Below the pieces are notes generated by a model that was not told where the DNA came from, made no database searches, and worked only from the letters and a program-made list of their open reading frames with translations. A stretch of DNA of 64,000 bases from Eutreptiella sp. 'Long Island Sound 2002' (taxonomy: Eukaryota; Protista; Euglenida), in the NCBI GenBank assembly GCA_964036045.1, contig OZ038378.1:41230001-41294000 (forward strand), given 5' to 3'. The translations under genes and the position numbers were made by a program. Positions 10,579 through 21,599 of the stretch are shown here, in pieces (within the stretch, counting starts at the first letter, position 1; every line of letters begins with the position of its first letter).

Positions 10579-11254
10579 CTACACCCTTGTCCTAGTTACA
10601 GTAGGCGTAGGGACTGTATTAATTTGGTACCTAATTTTATTTCGCTAAGATGTGGGTTTGACGAATTTTTCAGTCACATAGAGTCATGGACACATTTGTT
10701 GTGAGTGTTTGCCCACTTCAACCCACCCCATTTCATAGTCCTCTTCTTCAAGCGATTATTCTAGTGACTCTGATGATGCTCCCAGTGAATTTGTTTGGGC
10801 TAAGGCTGCCCGAGGTGTGTGGGAATGGCCCATGTCTTTGATGGGAAGTGGTATTTCACAAGAGGCCATATGCAAGACAATTTCATTCCCAATATTTTGA
10901 AGTTGCCGCAGCCCAGAGCAGCCCCTAAACCTCAAGCAAAGGCAGCTTTAAAAAGCATCTTCAAGTGGTGAGCATGTGCAGTTGTTCCGCACGGTGTATG
11001 ATTGCAAGAAGGGTTTACAAGCCGAACATTCGTAGGTCTCAATGCTACATTGCTTGTGAGAACATGGGTGTGAACCTGAATTTCCATGTTTCAAATACTT
11101 TCTTGTGTTTGCATGCCTTTGGTAAGATGGGTGGAGGTTGAGGTGCACTCGACTCTGTGCTCACTTACGTGTGTGTTGGTACTTGCATGTGTTCCGCGTA
11201 ACCTACGCCTGTGTCCAAGCTACCGTAGGCGTAGGGACCGTATTAATTTGGGAC
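10579..11254 (+). repeat. Pair of ~52-bp direct repeats (10579-10630, 11203-11254)
   Basis: Core GTAGGCGTAGGGACYGTATTAATTTGG at 10601-10627 and 11225-11251. Confidence 0.85.
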
Positions 11255-12479
11255 GTTGGCGTAGCGTATAAAAAGGGGGGGGACTAACAGCAAGATATCC
11301 CACATTGATAGCCCCGCGGCCACACATGTGAAGGCGTTCTCGCTTCACAAGAGCTACTTAGGGCTTCATGCAACGCGTACATCGAGCCCGGTGACTCCTA
11401 GCTATCGCGGCCTTTTTGCAGCACCGCGCTCCAATTATGTTTGTCCCCAATCTCGGTTGGAGCCTCTCTGGATCTGTAGCCCAACACCTCGCACGGACAT
11501 TGGGCCGAGGGGGCGTCCCACTACTGTACCCCATCCCAAACCAAGTATTGCCGTCCTTGAGTTGGCTTGCAGCCCCTCCGGAGCAATAGGCCAACGCCTC
11601 TTACGGCTGCGGGCACGAGAGGGCATTTTCGGCGACGTGGGGTGGGCACCAAACGCTGTGCTTCGGACACCGAATTCTCGTCCTCTTCTACGTCCATCAT
11701 GTCCTACTCATCCCATAAGCGACACAAAAAACGCAAAAACAACGCCAAAGCACAAACAAAAAGTGCAGGAGGCCGCCCCCCCCCTCCCTTCCCAAGAGTA
11801 CCCGTACGAATTTGAGTACCCGTGCCAACACTCGACCCCACCGCAACAATAGTTCCCGCATTCCCAATAGTACCCGTACGAAACACAACCAGCCCCAACC
11901 TCACAACCACATTATCGCTACATGCCACAAGCACCCCAACACCCACAACCACATCATCACAACCCATACCACTAGCACCCCAGCACCCGCATGCTCCATA
12001 CACGCTACGGCCCGAGTCCACACCACTTTGTGAGCCCCATAAGTCGCCACACGATCCACACGCCTCCTGCACGTAACCCTCCCACATCCATACGAGCCAT
12101 GTCAACACAACCCCTACGAGACTATTCACCAGCACCACAACCACGTAGAAAGCCAACTACAGCATCAATACCCCGCGCTCCACACAGAAGTAAACTACTC
12201 ACAGCACTCTGAGACAAAGGGACAACATCACCACGACCAACACTAACACGAGTGCCACTATCCCGCACCACACGCACAGGACAATCCGCAACCATACCAC
12301 CAACAGCAATCGCGCCTACAAGCGCTTAGCCAACCACTCCCACCTCCCAAACGGCAACAAACAGCACTAGGACCCCCCACATCCACGTCGGAAACACGGC
12401 CTCCCTCCCCTCAGCACACAAGCAGGCGGCCAACCAGCGCCGAGCATTGATTAGAGGCATTAAGGCAATGTGATGGATT

Positions 12480-12504
12480 CTTTCTGAGTGTCTTTTTTTT
12501 TTCG
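12480..12504 (+). other. Euglenid spliced-leader relic, copy 1
   Basis: CTTTCTGAGTGTCTTTTTTTTTTCG versus the Euglena SL as I recall it, (A)CTTTCTGAGTGTCTATTTTTTTTCG: 24/25 identical. Not followed by GT. Confidence 0.85.
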
Positions 12505-12520
12505 ATTCATGAAACTGGTA

Positions 12521-12540
12521 CTGAGTGTCTATTTTTTTTG
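12521..12540 (+). other. Euglenid spliced-leader relic, copy 2 (5'-truncated)
   Basis: CTGAGTGTCTATTTTTTTTG: 19 nt exact match to the SL, then G in place of CG. Confidence 0.8.
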
Positions 12541-12722
12541 GGTGTCTTCTTGCACATGGGCTGCCCGGGACACCATGGTCCCTAGCCTCTATCGTTGAAG
12601 CCACTGCTGACTGCGACAACACCGCCGTCACCTCTGACATTAGAAAGCCCTCTTGAAGTTGACAACTTTGAGACCATCACTGACGCCACTGTCGACAACA
12701 GCAAGCCCCTCTGAAGTGCGAC

Positions 12723-13679
12723 ATGTCCGACTCCTCCCCGGTCGAATCGCAAGAGAGTCCCACCCCCACGTCTACGACAAGAACGGAGGACTCCGGAGAC
12801 AGTGAGGCGTACTACCAACGCGACCCTCGTCATCACCACCGAAGCCCGTCGCGATCAACGCGCAGGAGGCCACGGCGCAGCATCAGTCCAACGCCAGCAG
12901 GGCCACGCAAGTACAGGAGGCGCTCCAGCTCCCGATCCAGGTCGCCTTCGCGACGATGGCACCAACGAAGGTCAAAATCTTGCTCCAGGTCACGTTCGCG
13001 GTCCGGAATACACATCCATCTCCACATTGACCAGCCCAAGCAGCTGCGCTCCCGCACGCCTACTCCGAGATCACCCAAACAGAACGGACCGCGACAAGTA
13101 GGCGGTCACAGGGCGGGGCCACAGCTTCCCTCTCAGCCCGGTACTCAGTCCCGGTCACAGCATCGGAAGAAGTGCTACAAGTTGGCGAAGTTGAGGAAGA
13201 AGGAGGCGGCAGAGCGCGAACGAGAGGCGCAGGGGCAGCAGCAGCAACGAGAAGGAGACGTTCCGGAGAGGGCACGGCCCGCAGCGTCGGCCCCCCCAAG
13301 TGCGGCACAAGGCGCATACCGCCACGGCGGGCGGGCGCCCCCAGGACACGAGGCGCTCACCGAGGACGAGCCCGCACAGAGCGTGGCACCAAGGGACCAG
13401 GCGACGGGGTTTGTACCAGCCCAGCTGTACACCATGAGCCACCACATCGAGAAGGCGCAGTATGTGGCGGTGGAGCGAGGACGGGACACGTTCACCCTCC
13501 TCAGCTACACAAAGACGTACGCCGTGATGCAATACACACCGGTAATACCACCAGGACAAGCGGACAAATGGCTGCAAAAGATGGCCACGACGCTTGGACA
13601 GGTGCTGGGCTTTGCAACGCCGCCGAAGCGTGCGCAAGGATCAAGCGGAGCACAGGGCGTACAAAAACTGGCACCTTGA
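12723..13679 (+). CDS. 318-aa ORF with acidic and RS-rich N-terminus; continues after a frameshift (13675-13782) into the uncharacterised LTM...LxGK domain
   Basis: ATG-started long ORF 183 nt after the SL relics. The frame-1 continuation APNMALTMGVSSNRGIPQYLWLQGKDWLV aligns ungapped with YR element 2 ORF4. Confidence 0.55.
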   Translation: MSDSSPVESQESPTPTSTTRTEDSGDSEAYYQRDPRHHHRSPSRSTRRRPRRSISPTPAGPRKYRRRSSSRSRSPSRRWHQRRSKSCSRSRSRSGIHIHLHIDQPKQLRSRTPTPRSPKQNGPRQVGGHRAGPQLPSQPGTQSRSQHRKKCYKLAKLRKKEAAEREREAQGQQQQREGDVPERARPAASAPPSAAQGAYRHGGRAPPGHEALTEDEPAQSVAPRDQATGFVPAQLYTMSHHIEKAQYVAVERGRDTFTLLSYTKTYAVMQYTPVIPPGQADKWLQKMATTLGQVLGFATPPKRAQGSSGAQGVQKLAP

Positions 13680-15092
13680 GGCCCCGAACATGGCCCTGAC
13701 CATGGGTGTATCCAGCAACCGGGGCATCCCGCAATACCTCTGGTTGCAAGGCAAGGATTGGCTGGTGTCGGAACGCCACAAAGCACCTGACCCCAAAGGG
13801 ATTGGACGCTATCCTCGGGGCAGAAGAGCCCGCACAATCAGCAGAGCCGTAGAGGGCACAGCAAGCGCCACGACCACCGACGGGGGGACAAGCAGGCTGT
13901 GACATAGCCCTGCCCTACAACGAGGTCATGCGCCGCGCACAGATGCAAGAGGCAGCGCAAGCGCCAGTGGGAGGACCCGGCGGCCAGCCACGGCACATGG
14001 CAGCCTAGCCACCGCAGCGTGACACGCCACCGCCGCCATACACGCGGCGACGTGAGGTCTACCATGCCGCAGAACGAGCCGCGCGTTCCGCCACCAGCGC
14101 ACCCAGACAAGATCCACGAGCGTGGGCAAGGTCATCGGAGGGAGACCGCTTCAAAGGACGAGGAGGAAAAGGACATCCCCGGTCGAAGCTGTGTGCGATG
14201 CATTTGCTGAGAAGGGCCCATTTTACGTATAGACGCACACTGTGCCGTGTCGCACCGCCGATGCCATCGCTCTGCATGTCTGCCATCGTAGGGGAAAGGG
14301 CGCCGATAACAATCATCCGCCAACCGGCGGCCCGCCGAGATGACCATGAACACCGCCCCAGCAGCGCGGGCGAGATGCACCTCGTCACCTACACCCGCAC
14401 CCGTCCCGTGCCACGAGCTGACACGCGAGAAGCTACCGGGCACCACATTGACTTGCCTGGAAGCTCCGCAGTCACCGGGGTGCATTCCCCCACGAAGACG
14501 TTGACAGTCCCCCACACTCTAGCAGCCTACCGAGCTAACCACGCGCACCGTGCCATCATTGTGGGCGAGATGCACCTGGTCACCGGCATACAGAGTCGTC
14601 CCATACCGAAGTGCCTCGCTGCAACGCACCTCCTCTATCTGACCGACGTGACCCACACACAATGCTAGTCAATGCTACTGTCAAATCAGGATAGCAATGA
14701 CGCTTCCTCCATAGCCGTTGCATGACGACCAGTGCTCTTCATTGGCCAGGGGCAGGAGGGATGCGAGGCATCAGTGGAGAGGGTTAAGACCGCCCCATGT
14801 TGTCAGGGCATACCATGCAGGTAGGACCCTGGAACGACATAGGCCGGCGCCGCATCCTGTAGGCCAGGAAGCGTGGCTCCACGACCCAACGGAAGATGGG
14901 GACGTGGAGTCGAATCAGGGACCAAAGATCCCAAAGAGAAGCGCAAATGTGTCAAACCCACGAAGGCTCTCGTCCGTGCTCACCCCAATCAAACGGCTCT
15001 TTGGAGGTGCACCAACACCAGAGCCGCAGGACGGTACCATAGTTACGTAGCCCTCGAAGTAAAGCAGGTTCAGCACATACGGCATCCCCTGC

Positions 15093-15139
15093 ACCCTCCC
15101 CCCTTCACTCACTCATCTCTCCCTCCATCTCTCCGACAG
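15093..15139 (+). promoter_or_regulatory. Polypyrimidine tract + AG, candidate trans-splice acceptor for element 1 gag
   Basis: ~40-nt C/T-rich tract, AG at 15138-15139, ATG at 15183. Confidence 0.4.
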
Positions 15140-15182
15140 TCTCGTTTTTCATCAAGGTAGTCAGGCCTCCCCGCAAAGGCAT

Positions 15183-16356
15183 ATGGACGAATTCGATGGG
15201 GACGGAGCCTGGTCCTCGGAGCGGCTGCTGGCTCACGACGAGTCCGTGCTTGACGCGGCATGGGCTGAGCTCATGCAGCAACACTGGCGGGCGACGGAGG
15301 TCCCGCTAGAGCGGCGCGGCACCGTGCTCGACGTGGGGATCAACAGCTGGGTCCGGACGGCGCGCCTCAACGTGTCCAAGCTGGCGGTCATCTTCAATCG
15401 CGGGCTGGGGGTGTGCCTGGTGTGCAAGAACTTCGTGGCGTACAGAGACCCCTTTCCCGTACGGCCCGGGACCTGCATGGGGCATCGAGGTACCCAACGT
15501 AGAGCTTTTGCAGCCCCAATCGGAGGCGGCCTTCGAGCTCTGCGCGTCACTGTAAAAACTCGAGCGCCGGGCGGGGCAAGGAGCGCACGGCGCTGGTGGC
15601 GACAACAGCGGCAACGCGGCGGATCCATCGGGCACGCAGCCAGCGTACGGCCCAGGGGACAATAGAGGGCACAACGACAGGGCGAGCGACAAGGTCAAGT
15701 GGAACGTCCTGACGGCGTCGGCGGCCCGCAGCACGACGCGACGGCCGGGGGCCACGAGGTAGACTATCAAATCATGCAGGGCGCTGGAGCAGGAGCTCAA
15801 AAACCACGCGGCGGAGAGCGAGGCGGAGCCTAGCGCCTGGGCGCGAAAGGTGTGGAAAATCGTGCTGGTCTGCGACGTGACCGGGGCTGACGAATTGAAG
15901 AACAAGGCCCGGGAGCGACGGAGGAAAGAGAGGAAGCTGGAAAAACGACAGCGCCGGAAGGAGCGCAAGCGGCGCGGTAAAAGCAAACGGCGAGACTCTA
16001 GCTCCGACAGCAACGACTCATCGAGCTGCAGCAGCAACAGCAGCAACAGCTCGGGGTCGTCATCATCGTCGTCGGGACGATCCTCGCGAGCGGCAAGAAG
16101 CAGACCAAGAGCACCGCGCCGGGCGGGAAACGACATCGCAGGGCGCAAAGAAGGAGAAATCTGGCGGCGCACAGGCTCAGCCGCCAACACCGAGTTCACC
16201 CTACTGGACGGCCGCCGCCACTTTAAAAGTAAGCGCTCAGGGGCCTGGGAAGACTGCACAGACCCGCCAAAGTCGAAGTGCACAGACTGCAGCCAGGCAC
16301 ACTGGTACTTCGACAGGGACGAGTGGGGCTGTGTCAAAGGCAAGGGCACCAAATGA
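15183..16356 (+). pseudogene. gag-like ORF(s) of element 1, frameshifted
   Basis: K/R- and S-rich tract, then CTDCSQAHWYF knuckle directly upstream of the YR. Confidence 0.65.
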
Positions 16357-16368
16357 CAGCAGGAGCGC

Positions 16369-17925
16369 ATGCTGCCCGTGGCGGAGGCCGTCGAACGCCT
16401 TGGGCACGCTATGGGGGACGGCTGCGGCGCGGGGTACGACGCCAGTGTCGTGCGGGGCCTCAGCAAATCCACGCTAGACGGGTACCTGGGGGCCCTCGCG
16501 AAGCTCCGGAGGCGCGAACGCATGAAGTCGGGGTCCGGAAGAAGGCGCGTGTTGGAGGACGAGCTCGGCGACATCGCTGCGCAGAACGTTGGGGAGGGCA
16601 ACATCAAGAAACTACTCTCGGGGTTGCGGCTACTCGAAAAACTGGGATGGATCAAAAGTACCGTACGGCCCGGGGACTGGCACCTCGTTCCGGGGGTGGA
16701 GAAGGAGCATGAGCTGCAGGGGCGAGGCGCCGTCAAAGAGTGGGCGAGCATGGAAGCGTTGCGGTACATTGCGGGCATCGCGTGCACCAGGGCGGAGTGG
16801 CAGCTCCTTGCGCTGGCAGCGGTGTCGTGCGCCCACTGCCTCCGAGCGAGCGAAGCAATCACGGCCCACGTCGAGGGCAGCGAGTTGGTGTTCCAGGACA
16901 CCAAGTCCCGCAGCGGCGAGCAACGGCAAGAGATGGCATAGTGGACGGCGAAGTGGGCCGCATTCCTGGCGCGCCTCAAGGCAAGCCACGGATACCACCC
17001 CGACGTCCCTGCGTGGTTTCAAGGAACGGGCGGGCTACACAGGGGACTCCACAGCGTCCTGGACCGACCCCGCGGATCCTTCAAGTACCTGCGCTGGCAC
17101 TCGTTCAGACGATTCGGGGCAGCCCAGCTCCACGGCCTTGGACTTCCAGCGCAGTTCATCATGCTCTGGGGGGGGGGGGGGTGGAAGTCAACGGCGGTGG
17201 CGGATATATACTACAAGGCGCCGCCGCGATGGCAGTTTGTGCGAGGGGGACCCATTCCCCTGCCAGAGTACGGGGCAAGCGAAACGATGGCGCGGATGCA
17301 GCCCGGGACAACGTTGGGGATGTGGCCAAGCTGGATTAGGAGCGATCTCGAGATCCCCCAGGTGCGACTTGCTCGGGCAGAACCGAGTGCGGTGGGCAGT
17401 ACTGCCCACGTGCAGAAAAGGTCCCGAACGGAGTCGTTCAAGCGCGACCGCCGCCCAAGACCGTCAAACGCCACGGGGGGGCGACGCCAGGAGCGCGGAG
17501 GAGACTGCCAGCGGACAGCGGAGGCGCAGGCAAACCGGACGGAGAAGCGGCAGGCGGTGCATAGGCATCACTGGGACGCGCGGGGGGTGACGATCGAGGA
17601 CGAGCACCTGGCGCGGGCGATCAGCGAGCTGCCGGGAGTGAAGCGGGGCCGCAGGGGCATGGTCCACAAAGGCGTCCAGGAGCTGATCATGGCGGCGGCG
17701 CAGCTAAGGCTGGGGTCCGGCGATGCTACTGCGAAGCTGCGACTCACTGCAGGGGGTACTGGACAACGGACTGGACGGCGAGGAGGACGGGTATTACTTG
17801 TCGGAGGACGAAGACGAGATGGACCCGGAGACGGCGGCAAAGGGGCTCGGATCGGCGGGCCGTGTGCACGTGCATGCGCCGCTCTGGAGGCGGCCGGCGC
17901 CACAGGATCTCCTGAAGGCTTATGA
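16369..17925 (+). pseudogene. Tyrosine recombinase of element 1 (one TAG at 16939-16941)
   Basis: Catalytic set in one frame: LRASEA (R), DTKS (K), WHSFRR (HxxR), GWKS (W), DIYY (Y). Confidence 0.92.
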
Positions 17926-19008
17926 GAAGCACGCCAAAACCAGGGGGGCCGACCTGAAGTCGCACTGCACTAAGCTTCCGCTCATGATGCGGGCCCTGTG
18001 CGTAGACGCGCGGGGCGTGAAACGCACGCGCCTCAGGCCCACCTCACGGGCATTCCTGTGCCCCAAGAATAGGCAAATGTGTAGAACGATCTTGGATGCA
18101 TCTCCTATAAACGAGGCACACCCCAGACGGCCCCAAAAGTTCACCCTCCTGGGCCTGGAACAGCTCAGCGACTAGATGCGGGGGGGGGGGGGGTGCGTGG
18201 ATGGCCAAACTCGACCTCCAGAATGCATTCTGGAGCGTTGTGCTCCCGGGGGGCTGGCACAGGGTTTTTGTTCTGCAAACCGCCGACGTGCGGTCGTACC
18301 GCTACACGCGCCTCCCCTTCGGATGGCACTACTCCCCCCTCATCTGCCAGTCACTCGTCCGGGGTATCGTGGCTGCCGCCCTGCGAGGCGTGCGGGCCCG
18401 GGCATGGGTGTATATAGACGACATACTCGTCGCCCTCGCAATCCATCCGAGGTGCGGTGCGCTGTGCGGCTCATCATCCGGCACCTGCAGCGGGCGCGTT
18501 GTATAATTAGCCAGAAAAGCGAAACAACACCCACGATGGAGCTCAGCTTCATTGGCAAACAAATAAACACGGATGCAAGATACTTCCAAAACGTCCCTGG
18601 CGGGCTGCGCAGTGCGCTCCGAGCATGGGTGAGGGCCATGGGCCGTGGAACCATCCAGCCGTGCAAGCTCAGAAAGCTGCTTGGGCAGCTATGCTGGCTG
18701 TCAAGGCCCAATGCCGGCCTCTCTTGCTTTATTGCGGGGAGCTATCAGGCACTGGACTCGGGCGCGCGGTGGTTCACACGGAGTATGGCGCGAGGCCTCG
18801 GCACCCTGATTCTGTTCAGCGCTGTAGCCAAGTCCTATCCGCCGGACAACCACGAGGGAGGGGCACAACTGGTGCCGGGCAAGGGCGACCTCCTACTGTT
18901 TGCGGACGCGGCACCAGAAGGGGTACGGTTCAGGGTAGGGCTGGTGGGCGACAGGCGATTCCGCCGCTCCGTCCGCTGCCCGGCATGGGTTACGTCACTC
19001 CAGTCTGC
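17800..19008 (+). pseudogene. RT/RNase H of element 1, disrupted
   Basis: AFLCPKN, AKLDLQNAFW, RLPFGW, YIDD and RH LFADA. TAG at 18173-18175 and a frameshift at the poly-G run. Confidence 0.92.
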
Positions 19009-19013
19009 AGTGG

Positions 19014-20887
19014 GTGCATGGAGGAATCCTGAGTTGTGCCTGTTCAATGGGGGCAGGGATGCGGGGGCTGAACATCGGAAACACAAGGCACACCACCAGC
19101 CGATGCCCCGCGAATGAGGCAGAATACTACATCACCCTAGGGAAAACCACGCTCCACGATTGGCAGCCAAACCCCCACAATCGTGGGGTACTCCACCGGG
19201 GCACCACCTACCAAGACATGGCGGCAGCCATGGCAAGAAAGGAGCTGTACCAGGACATCCTAGCGACACAACCATGGAACATAGATCTGTCCGATAGTGT
19301 GGTCTCCCCGGTGCGACTGCTACCCGACCACAAGGCACGGCCACACTCACCCACCGTAGATGCACTGAGCAGCATGAACCCCGGGGACACAGCAGTCTGG
19401 ACTGTGCCGTTACACACATCTAGGAAAGAGGAGTCTTTCACAAATGAGGGGCGGCGGATAGTGTGGACGGGAAACCCAACGACCGTAGTGTCGGCCATCA
19501 TTGATGCCATGGAACGAATGCTACAACAAGAGTCACAGGCACGCTACCTGTGGGTGACATTAGAAACGAAACTTCGGCCCGTCGGCCCGGCACATGTGAT
19601 GCTCCAGTTGGATGGAAGGGGGATCATGGGGAAGTTGCGACGCAAGATGGTTGCCGCCATAGTCGACAAATCCGGGTACTTTCAGGTTGCGAGGACCACG
19701 TCTCCTGAGCAGCTGGACGTAACTAGAGTGTCCATGTGGGACGTACGCATGGTAGCATGCCTGTTGAGCAGCACTGCTCAATGGCTTCCCTATCAAGATC
19801 CCGAGCCGGTACTTGCAGAACCCGCAGGTGTTTCCCCCACGGGTGGAAGTCCCGCCCAGACCTTACCGGTTGCTGTTGCCCAGTTCGGTTGAAAAAAGAA
19901 CCCAATTCTACCTTTTCGTAAATTCCTCCACGGATGACGCATCCTCGGTGGCCCGCCGTAACTCGGTGTTCCCATGGACGGGCGCGACGCGAATAGCCGC
20001 CCCGGATGAGACAAGTTACTTGTGGGAATACCAAATCCCTCAGGTGCTCCATGACAGAATGCAGGCCTTCCTGGAACACCGGGACACTCAGGTACAGTGG
20101 CTCGACCTCATCGACCACGAAAAGTTGTACATAAGCGAAACCCAATGAAGGGAAAGAAGGGATACAATATATCAAGTCCCCAAAAGACTTGGCGGTTGAA
20201 CTGGCGGCGGCAATGGACAAGGACTTGGATGACAATGTTCCCTTGCCTCGCCCGCCCTTCTCGACAGAGGTGTTCCCGACGGGTGTGCCACACATGCGGT
20301 ACCAGCGCATTGTGACACTTGCCAACGAGAACCAGGCCTGAGAGGTGGTACGAGGGCTATGGCAGAACAACCGGTTGGTACTGAAGAAGCTGACGACGGA
20401 TCGTCGCGTCAGATTTGGGGTGTGGGGGGCAAGGACGGAGGAGGACCGGCAACGGGCACCCCGAGAACCGGTACTGGAAGGGCAGGCGCTAATTATCGCG
20501 CCGTCTGGCGTGTTTGCGGCCACCGTACGCAAATATGCGGCGCTGTTCGGTCTCTTCACCACAGTGTCGACCCGAGGAGCATCCCACATATTGGGGCGCA
20601 CCGAGTATGTGGTCACGTATGGCCGCAAGCTGAGCGCTATGATCAGCCACGGTGTCACGCTGGACTGCACAGTGGGTGAGGTTACATTTGAGGCAAATTG
20701 CACGGAGGATGACCCCATGGGAGCCAAACGGGCCTTCGGAGAGAGGCAGGGACAAATGCTGGACAACCAAGAGGACATGGGAGATTGGTGGAGGATGGAA
20801 ATGGGCCGAGAGTTGGGTGCGGAGACGGCGGTGGTCGAGGAGGCCAACCGCCTGACGGCTGACAACCTGGCGGCCCTTTCGGGCTGA
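19014..20887 (+). pseudogene. Unknown ORF (~550-600 aa across frameshifts and a stop) upstream of the LINE; candidate ORF1
   Basis: Consecutive ORFs 19014-19892, 19813-20148 and 20345-20887. Paralogues at 6900-7450 and 36620-38150. Confidence 0.6.
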
Positions 20888-21599
20888 ATCCCTTGCACAT
20901 CACCACAGGACACACGGGGTTGCACGGGGAGCACACAGGTCCCCCCACAAGGGACGACACACGGCGGCACGGCTGGGGGATACCGCGAGGGACCGCACGG
21001 GACAACACCATCACTGGGAACGCCACTGGGAGACACGACACAGGGGATCATATTTCACAACACACCCAACCAATACTTGACACACGCAATCCTGTGGTCT
21101 ATGATGTGCATGAATCTCAGGCACAAACCGCGGCGTTGGTGGATTCGCATGGTGGTGGCCATACTTGCCTGCCAAGTGGCCCTGTCCGTCGAGACCTCCT
21201 CTGACACACATACCCTAAGCACAAGTAGAAAGTCGTGCCGTGCCCGCATCCGACGACGGCATGAGCCGCGTTCGTCATGGTTCCTGGACAACATACCATG
21301 GTACTGGAGGGTGCTCACGGGTGCTTGGGGGAAATTCTACCCCACAGAGTACTCATCCCCATGCACGACACAGCACGCTGAATGGCCTGCCTGCCGTGAT
21401 GACCTGCCCTACCAATGGCAAGCGGCCCCGTTGTGAGACACGGCGCAACGACTGGTGACCCTGTCAAATGACGTGCCCCCAAACCCTAATAGAGCGCAAC
21501 AGGTTTGCTGCCGGGACCCAGTCATACTGCCTCATGCCCGATGGAAACTTTAAACCCTAACACTATCGGTTGATGTGCACCCAAACCGAGGTCACCCCA

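Larger units (their letters stand above)
15183..19008 (+). mobile_element. YR retrotransposon 1 (VIPER/TATE-like order), 3'-truncated in RNase H; termini not found
   Basis: gag-like, YR and RT/RH ORFs in that order. RH stops abruptly after RCPAWVTSLQSA. Confidence 0.9.

Noticed and set aside
12480-12620. Functional SL RNA gene
   Set aside because: Copy 1 is not followed by GT, copy 2 is 5'-truncated, and no 5S rRNA or tandem SL repeat unit is visible. Kept only as an alternative origin for the relics.
15306-16979. 557-aa minus-strand ORF
   Set aside because: It is the antisense shadow of the GC-rich gag/YR region, low-complexity, with no motifs.
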